Source: Octopus bimaculoides (lineage: Eukaryota). Taken from it: a stretch of 64,000 bases of DNA. Shown piece after piece: positions 61,963 to 64,000 of this stretch (its first letter is position 1; each line of letters begins with the position of its first letter). The notes under the pieces were generated by a model. The model did not search any database, was not told where the DNA came from, and saw nothing but the letters and a program-made list of their open reading frames with translations. The DNA lies in the NCBI RefSeq assembly GCF_001194135.2, contig NC_068983.1, forward strand, positions 60,638,386 to 60,702,385, written 5' to 3'. The position numbers were made by a program, and so were the translations under genes.

Positions 61963-63869
61963 CATGTAGGAAAAATAAAGAGGAAATCAAACTTACTTTA
62001 TTGTGAAACTAAAGTGAGTGTCCGATCCATCTAGAATACTAACATGGCAATACTTTTGGTCAGAAATTGAAGTTGGAATTTTGATATCGGGCAATTTTTT
62101 TTGAAGTAGAAGTTCTTTATTCATTTTAGGGGTCCAGTTTACCTGACAATACAGAAAATGAATTAATTATGTTTGAAAGATGAAAGAAGACTGGGCTTTA
62201 CCAATACGACAATGGTGATATCACTGAATGGCATGATATATGCAATCTACCTTTATCTTGGAGGAGATCTTTTCATCCATCTTGATTTCCCGACCAGCTT
62301 CATCAAGAAGTAAGAATGCTGAAACAAAAAAGAATATCTACATAAAGCTGAGAAACAGATAAAATTTATCAAAAGAAGAGAATTATAGGTACTAAAGAAG
62401 AAAAGCTTATACTTTTCAAACCTCAAAGATCCCACAAGGCTAGCTATTCTCACTGGTTGCTATAACATAGAGTTAAGTAAATATTACCCCAATATCACAG
62501 GTAGCTTTTCCTAACAGAGGAAATGAACTTACCACCATCTGGTACCTAGTTAGAGACAACTGGGAGAAAAAAAACCCAAAAAAAAACAACTTAACTGTTA
62601 AGAATTAAAGGGTTCTGATCCCATATTGGTGACAGCCCCTTCCCTCAACAGTTGATTACTCAGTGAACAACAACAACAACAACACATGCTAAGCACCATA
62701 GGACTTCCACCTCAAATAACTTATGAAAAACAACAACCGACTTATCAAACACGTAACAACTTATTGCCAAGTAAGCCATCTATGTCCCCACGAAGCCAAT
62801 TTAACCCTGTCATGCTGTATTCCCACTATAGGAGGAATAGGTTAAACATCATCTCTGTTGGATTCCCAGTAAAGCGGTAATAAGCAACAGACATACAAAA
62901 AGAAGATGCAACTGATTCTGTCCATTAGTTTGTCTGCAATCGTTACTCTTGAACTGTATATGCAACTATTTTTCTTTTTGCTAAGGTGGAGGGTAAAGTT
63001 AGACACAGAGGCTCAGGACTGAGAAGGTTAAATTTTATGACAGTATGATTTCCCCCACCTCTAGTAAAGGGTAAATGGCCACAGAATAACTTTTCAACTG
63101 ATTCAGTTCCAGATTATAAGTCTAACAGAACTACAACTTTACAAACAATTACACCTAACATCTGAATCTTACTCTCTATTCATCACTATTAAATCGTTAG
63201 AGTTTGTAGGCAACATTCGATTTTCTTCTTTCTTATTCTATTTGTTTTAGTAGAGCAACTGTGCTGGTGTCACGTAAAAAAACTTCTGTGCTGGCTTCAT
63301 GTAAAAAGCACCCAGTACACTCTGTAAGGTGGTTGGCATTAGGGAGGGCACTCAGCCACAGAAACCATACCAAAACAGACAACTGGGGCCTGGAGCAGTC
63401 CTCCAGCCTGCCAGCTCTTGTCAAACTATTCAACCCATGCCAGCATGAGAAACAGACAATAAATGATGATGATGTATTTTGTAGGGAGGAGGTTTTGAAA
63501 TGATTGAAAATGAAGACAAATACATTAATGTAATCTTGTACCTTAACCATCTTCATTAAAACTAGCACATTGTATAAAAATATTCAAAATAATCTGTTTT
63601 CCTGAATTAAAAAAAATGTTGATTTTAAACTTGCTGAAATGCTAATAAGTAAAGTTTAAGAAATCCGTTGCAGACACTTGATAATACTTACTTAAACCCT
63701 GCATGTATTCACCTGCAACAGCAACTACTTCCTGAGAGTTTTTAATGCGTACTGTCTTCTCCACAGTGCCATCTTCATTGTACAAATTATAACTCAAATC
63801 AATGCTTGCAGTCTTTCCACTTGGTATCAAACATAACTTCCGTTCCACTGTTTTCACGTCTTTGCTATT
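28922..63869 (-). CDS. SMCHD1: SMCHD1 (SMC flexible hinge domain-containing 1), 3' 24 coding exons; gene continues beyond right edge
   Basis: 24 GT-AG exons join in phase into 3171 nt (1056 aa + stop). Recognisable SMCHD1 motifs: [74 protein letters not shown]...[10 protein letters not shown]. Confidence 0.95.
30084..30242 (-). CDS. SMCHD1: SMCHD1 exon (C-terminal coiled coil)
   Basis: ttacag|[14 protein letters not shown]...PEMKMKMKE...RVIEQKL|gtgagt. Confidence 0.92.
31150..31321 (-). CDS. SMCHD1: SMCHD1 exon (hinge)
   Basis: tcttag|[47 protein letters not shown]...TQI|gtgagt. Confidence 0.97.
31533..31603 (-). CDS. SMCHD1: SMCHD1 exon (hinge)
   Basis: gttcag|[24 protein letters not shown]|gtcagt. 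Confidence 0.95.
32927..33509. mobile_element. hAT-Charlie-type MITE interrupted by an RTE-tailed SINE
   Basis: TIR CAGTGCTCTGCAAC / GTTGTGGAGCACTG; TSD GTCTAAAG / GTCTAAAC. Confidence 0.8.
33605..33711 (-). CDS. SMCHD1: SMCHD1 exon (hinge)
   Basis: tttcag|[35 protein letters not shown]|gtgagt. Confidence 0.93.
34570..34870 (+). repeat. tRNA-headed SINE (MetaSINE-like core; partial copy ~38575-38735)
   Basis: GGCTCAGTGGTTAGAG / GAGTTCGATTCC boxes; cttgagcaagacactttatttcac...ccagttcactcagctgtagaaatgag core. Confidence 0.7.
35393..35600 (-). mobile_element. Hammerhead-bearing repeat, copy lacking most of the tRNA head
   Basis: Near-identical to 57445-57625. Confidence 0.8.
35473..35516 (-). 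ncRNA. Minimal type I hammerhead ribozyme motif (core intact, stem I disrupted by an 8-nt deletion)
   Basis: CTGATGA-A-GGCTG/CAGCC-GAAA-CGTT-GTGTT. Confidence 0.6.
35645..35733 (-). CDS. SMCHD1: SMCHD1 exon (hinge)
   Basis: caacag|[30 protein letters not shown]|gtaagt. Confidence 0.95.
35924..36601. mobile_element. Non-autonomous DNA element with ~40-bp TIRs and internal telomere-like repeats
   Basis: CGGATCT..TTTTAAAACAGGGGCCACATTTTTCATTAA and its inverse; (TAACCC)4 followed by TAGGGTTAGGGTTA at 36163-36200; contains a gap. Confidence 0.7.
37560..37748. mobile_element. ~200-bp piggyBac-type MITE family (representative)
   Basis: ccctttagcattcaga...aaatgctaaaggg ends; copies at ~29414-29640, 30524-30730, 51599-51700 (partial), 59765-60004 (interrupted). 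Confidence 0.65.
37866..37967 (-). CDS. SMCHD1: SMCHD1 exon (hinge)
   Basis: ggcag|[34 protein letters not shown]|gtaggt. Confidence 0.95.
38857..39062 (-). CDS. SMCHD1: SMCHD1 exon (coiled coil)
   Basis: gtctag|[18 protein letters not shown]...RPRRLCGL...EILGK|gtgagt. Confidence 0.9.
40254..40373 (-). CDS. SMCHD1: SMCHD1 exon (downstream of the 11 kb host intron; coiled-coil start)
   Basis: ttctag|[16 protein letters not shown]...YKSMFE...NELK|gtaagt; directly continues PFLFYN, as in vertebrate PFMFYNDVKKQ. Confidence 0.92.
42215..43833 (+). CDS. LRR-ZU5 gene coding exon 1 (LRR array + linker)
   Basis: 540-aa ORF in very AT-rich DNA with roughly 14 LRRs; acceptor cacctcag at 42147; donor TG|GTGAGT at 43833/4. 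Confidence 0.95.
42215..50808 (+). CDS. Nested LRR + ZU5-like protein gene, 4 coding exons, 737 aa (PIDD-like N-terminal architecture, no death domain seen)
   Basis: Exons 42215-43833, 45659-45881, 47783-48069 and 50724-50808 join in phase (2214 nt) with GT-AG sites. Tandem LxxLxLxxNxL repeats, an S/T/N/Q-rich linker, then ZU5-like ITQDGGEF...ISLNIP...VMLTP...[16 protein letters not shown] at 50908-50913. Confidence 0.85.
45120..45527. mobile_element. hAT-type MITE containing (AT)n
   Basis: TIR CAGCATTTCTCAAC / GTTGAGAAACACTG; decayed TSD CCCTAACC / CCCTGGCC. Confidence 0.7.
45659..45881 (+). CDS. LRR-ZU5 gene coding exon 2
   Basis: ttgcag|(W)PTVQFNFD...[23 protein letters not shown]...QVIMQ|gtgagt; phase 2 to 0. 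Confidence 0.85.
46840..47230 (-). mobile_element. RTE LINE RT-core remnant
   Basis: DLVKAFDR...[10 protein letters not shown]...[15 protein letters not shown]...WKQNLE. Confidence 0.8.
47783..48069 (+). CDS. LRR-ZU5 gene coding exon 3
   Basis: atacag|VISISED...[23 protein letters not shown]...TLQTYHLA|gtgagt; phase 0 to 2. Confidence 0.85.
48180..48370 (+). repeat. Common SINE-like repeat (Nin-domain-like)
   Basis: gaccccagtgctcaactggtacttattttattgaccc...aggatgaaaggcaa...gaatttgaactcagaac; copies at ~10115-10300, 10370-10460, 11520-11700, 53430-53610. Confidence 0.65.
48527..48766. mobile_element. piggyBac-type MITE
   Basis: TTAA|CCCATT...AATGGG|TTAA. Confidence 0.65.
49309..49746. repeat. 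~26-bp minisatellite, ~17 units
   Basis: Unit gatgtaggacagattattttttt(g/t)aa. Confidence 0.92.
50724..50808 (+). CDS. LRR-ZU5 gene terminal coding exon
   Basis: tttacacag|(G)[27 protein letters not shown]; poly(A) signal ~100 nt after the stop. Confidence 0.72.
50908..50913 (+). terminator. Candidate polyadenylation signal of the nested gene
   Basis: AATAAA followed by a T-rich tract, 100 nt after TGA and ~420 nt before the next SMCHD1 exon. Confidence 0.5.
51337..51463 (-). CDS. SMCHD1: SMCHD1 exon (upstream of the 11 kb host intron)
   Basis: ttctag|[16 protein letters not shown]...LEIPFLFYN|gtaagt, ends phase 1. Confidence 0.92.
52771..52920 (-). CDS. SMCHD1: SMCHD1 exon
   Basis: ttttag|[13 protein letters not shown]...IPAFVG...GRALLQ|gtacag. 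Confidence 0.9.
53008..53139 (-). CDS. SMCHD1: SMCHD1 exon
   Basis: tcctag|[15 protein letters not shown]...TPTVSN...LLLELR|gtaagt. Confidence 0.9.
53793..54380. mobile_element. piggyBac-type MITE (~590 bp)
   Basis: TTAA|CCCTTTCGTTAC ... GTAACGAAGGGG|TTAA. Confidence 0.85.
54456..54540 (-). CDS. SMCHD1: SMCHD1 exon
   Basis: taacag|[28 protein letters not shown]|gtgagt. Confidence 0.87.
54718..54773 (-). CDS. SMCHD1: SMCHD1 exon
   Basis: tttcag|[18 protein letters not shown]|gtatga. Confidence 0.85.
56207..56325 (-). CDS. SMCHD1: SMCHD1 exon
   Basis: ttaaag|[12 protein letters not shown]...[19 protein letters not shown]|gtaagt. Confidence 0.88.
56927..57087 (-). CDS. SMCHD1: SMCHD1 exon
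   Basis: ttacag|[11 protein letters not shown]...[15 protein letters not shown]...GSKLP|gtaagt. Confidence 0.92.
57215..57294 (-). CDS. SMCHD1: SMCHD1 exon
   Basis: tttcag|[27 protein letters not shown]|gtaaga. Confidence 0.9.
57445..57678 (-). mobile_element. tRNA-headed, hammerhead-bearing SINE-like element (copy with full head)
   Basis: Head GGGCATAAGGCATAGTGGTTAAGAGCGCGGGCTACTAACCCCAAGATTCCGAGTTCAATTCC (A/B-box-like), (AAT)n, then the hammerhead motif in sense. Confidence 0.75.
57488..57533 (-). ncRNA. Degenerate hammerhead ribozyme motif
   Basis: GACAC-TTGACGA-A-GGCTG...CAGCT-GAAA-TGTT-GTGTT (C3->U and other changes). Confidence 0.5.
57679..57893 (+). mobile_element. Second copy of the same element, head internally deleted, inverted relative to the first
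   Basis: Junction palindrome ATGCCCATGGGCAT at 57672-57685. Confidence 0.75.
57768..57813 (+). ncRNA. Minimal type I hammerhead ribozyme motif (one substitution in the stem III palindrome)
   Basis: GACAC-CTGATGA-A-GGCTG(gagggtatat)CAGCC-GAAA-CATT-GTGTT; stem I GACAC/GUGUU. Confidence 0.65.
58158..58283 (-). CDS. SMCHD1: SMCHD1 exon
   Basis: cttcag|[24 protein letters not shown]...DQKIK|gtattt. Confidence 0.9.
59261..59419 (-). CDS. SMCHD1: SMCHD1 exon
   Basis: tttcag|[11 protein letters not shown]...[24 protein letters not shown]|gtaggc. Confidence 0.9.
60231..60311 (-). CDS. SMCHD1: SMCHD1 exon
   Basis: cttcag|[27 protein letters not shown]|gtaagt. Confidence 0.88.
61448..61577 (-). CDS. 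SMCHD1: SMCHD1 exon
   Basis: gcag|[15 protein letters not shown]...[11 protein letters not shown]|gtaagt. Confidence 0.9.
61873..61959. repeat. (GA)n microsatellite
   Basis: Directly visible; other microsatellites: (AT)n 45300-45390 and 55568-55690, (GA)n 28537-28570, (AAT)n 10068-10101. Confidence 0.97.
61997..62142 (-). CDS. SMCHD1: SMCHD1 exon
   Basis: gtcag|[25 protein letters not shown]...FSFTIK|gtaagt. Confidence 0.9.
62251..62318 (-). CDS. SMCHD1: SMCHD1 exon
   Basis: tttcag|[23 protein letters not shown]|gtagat. Confidence 0.85.
63692..63869 (-). CDS. SMCHD1: SMCHD1 exon (first in window)
   Basis: tttctacag|[11 protein letters not shown]...[10 protein letters not shown]|gtaagt, ends phase 1. 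Confidence 0.85.
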
Positions 63870-64000
63870 CTGTAGAAAAATAAAGGAAGCTTACGTAAGA
63901 AACTGCATTGTCCCACATGTGTATTTATTCATTACTTCAATGTGGGCTACATTTAAGCCTAAAATGATACAATTTCAACGGTTAATAATCATGAGAGTTC

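Noticed and set aside
61601-62034. ERERER / SLSLSL / IYIYIY / HTHTHT ORFs here and elsewhere
   Set aside because: Translations of microsatellites.

Overview
AT-rich, repeat-dense, intron-containing animal genomic DNA with five N-gaps. The repeat landscape (RTE-tailed SINE-like repeats ending in (GAT)n, tRNA-headed SINEs, long microsatellites) suggests a coleoid cephalopod such as Octopus; this is an inference. Three protein-coding genes were reconstructed by hand from GT-AG sites and phase continuity. (1) A 3-exon invertebrate claudin-like gene on the minus strand (17099->13123, 214 aa). (2) The 3' 24 coding exons of SMCHD1 on the minus strand (63869->28922, 1056 aa in window, including the SMC hinge); its 5' part lies beyond the window. 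(3) A 4-coding-exon plus-strand LRR + ZU5-like gene (42215->50808, 737 aa) nested antisense in one ~11 kb SMCHD1 intron. The rest is transposable-element debris: an internally deleted Tx1-type LINE in an (AAT)n tract, remnants of RTE, RLE-type LINE, Penelope, Tc1/mariner and hAT elements, and many MITEs and SINEs. The most notable non-genic signal is a tRNA-headed repeat carrying a minimal type I hammerhead ribozyme motif (3 copies, two forming a head-to-head foldback). All assignments are by-eye motif recognition; no database search was run.
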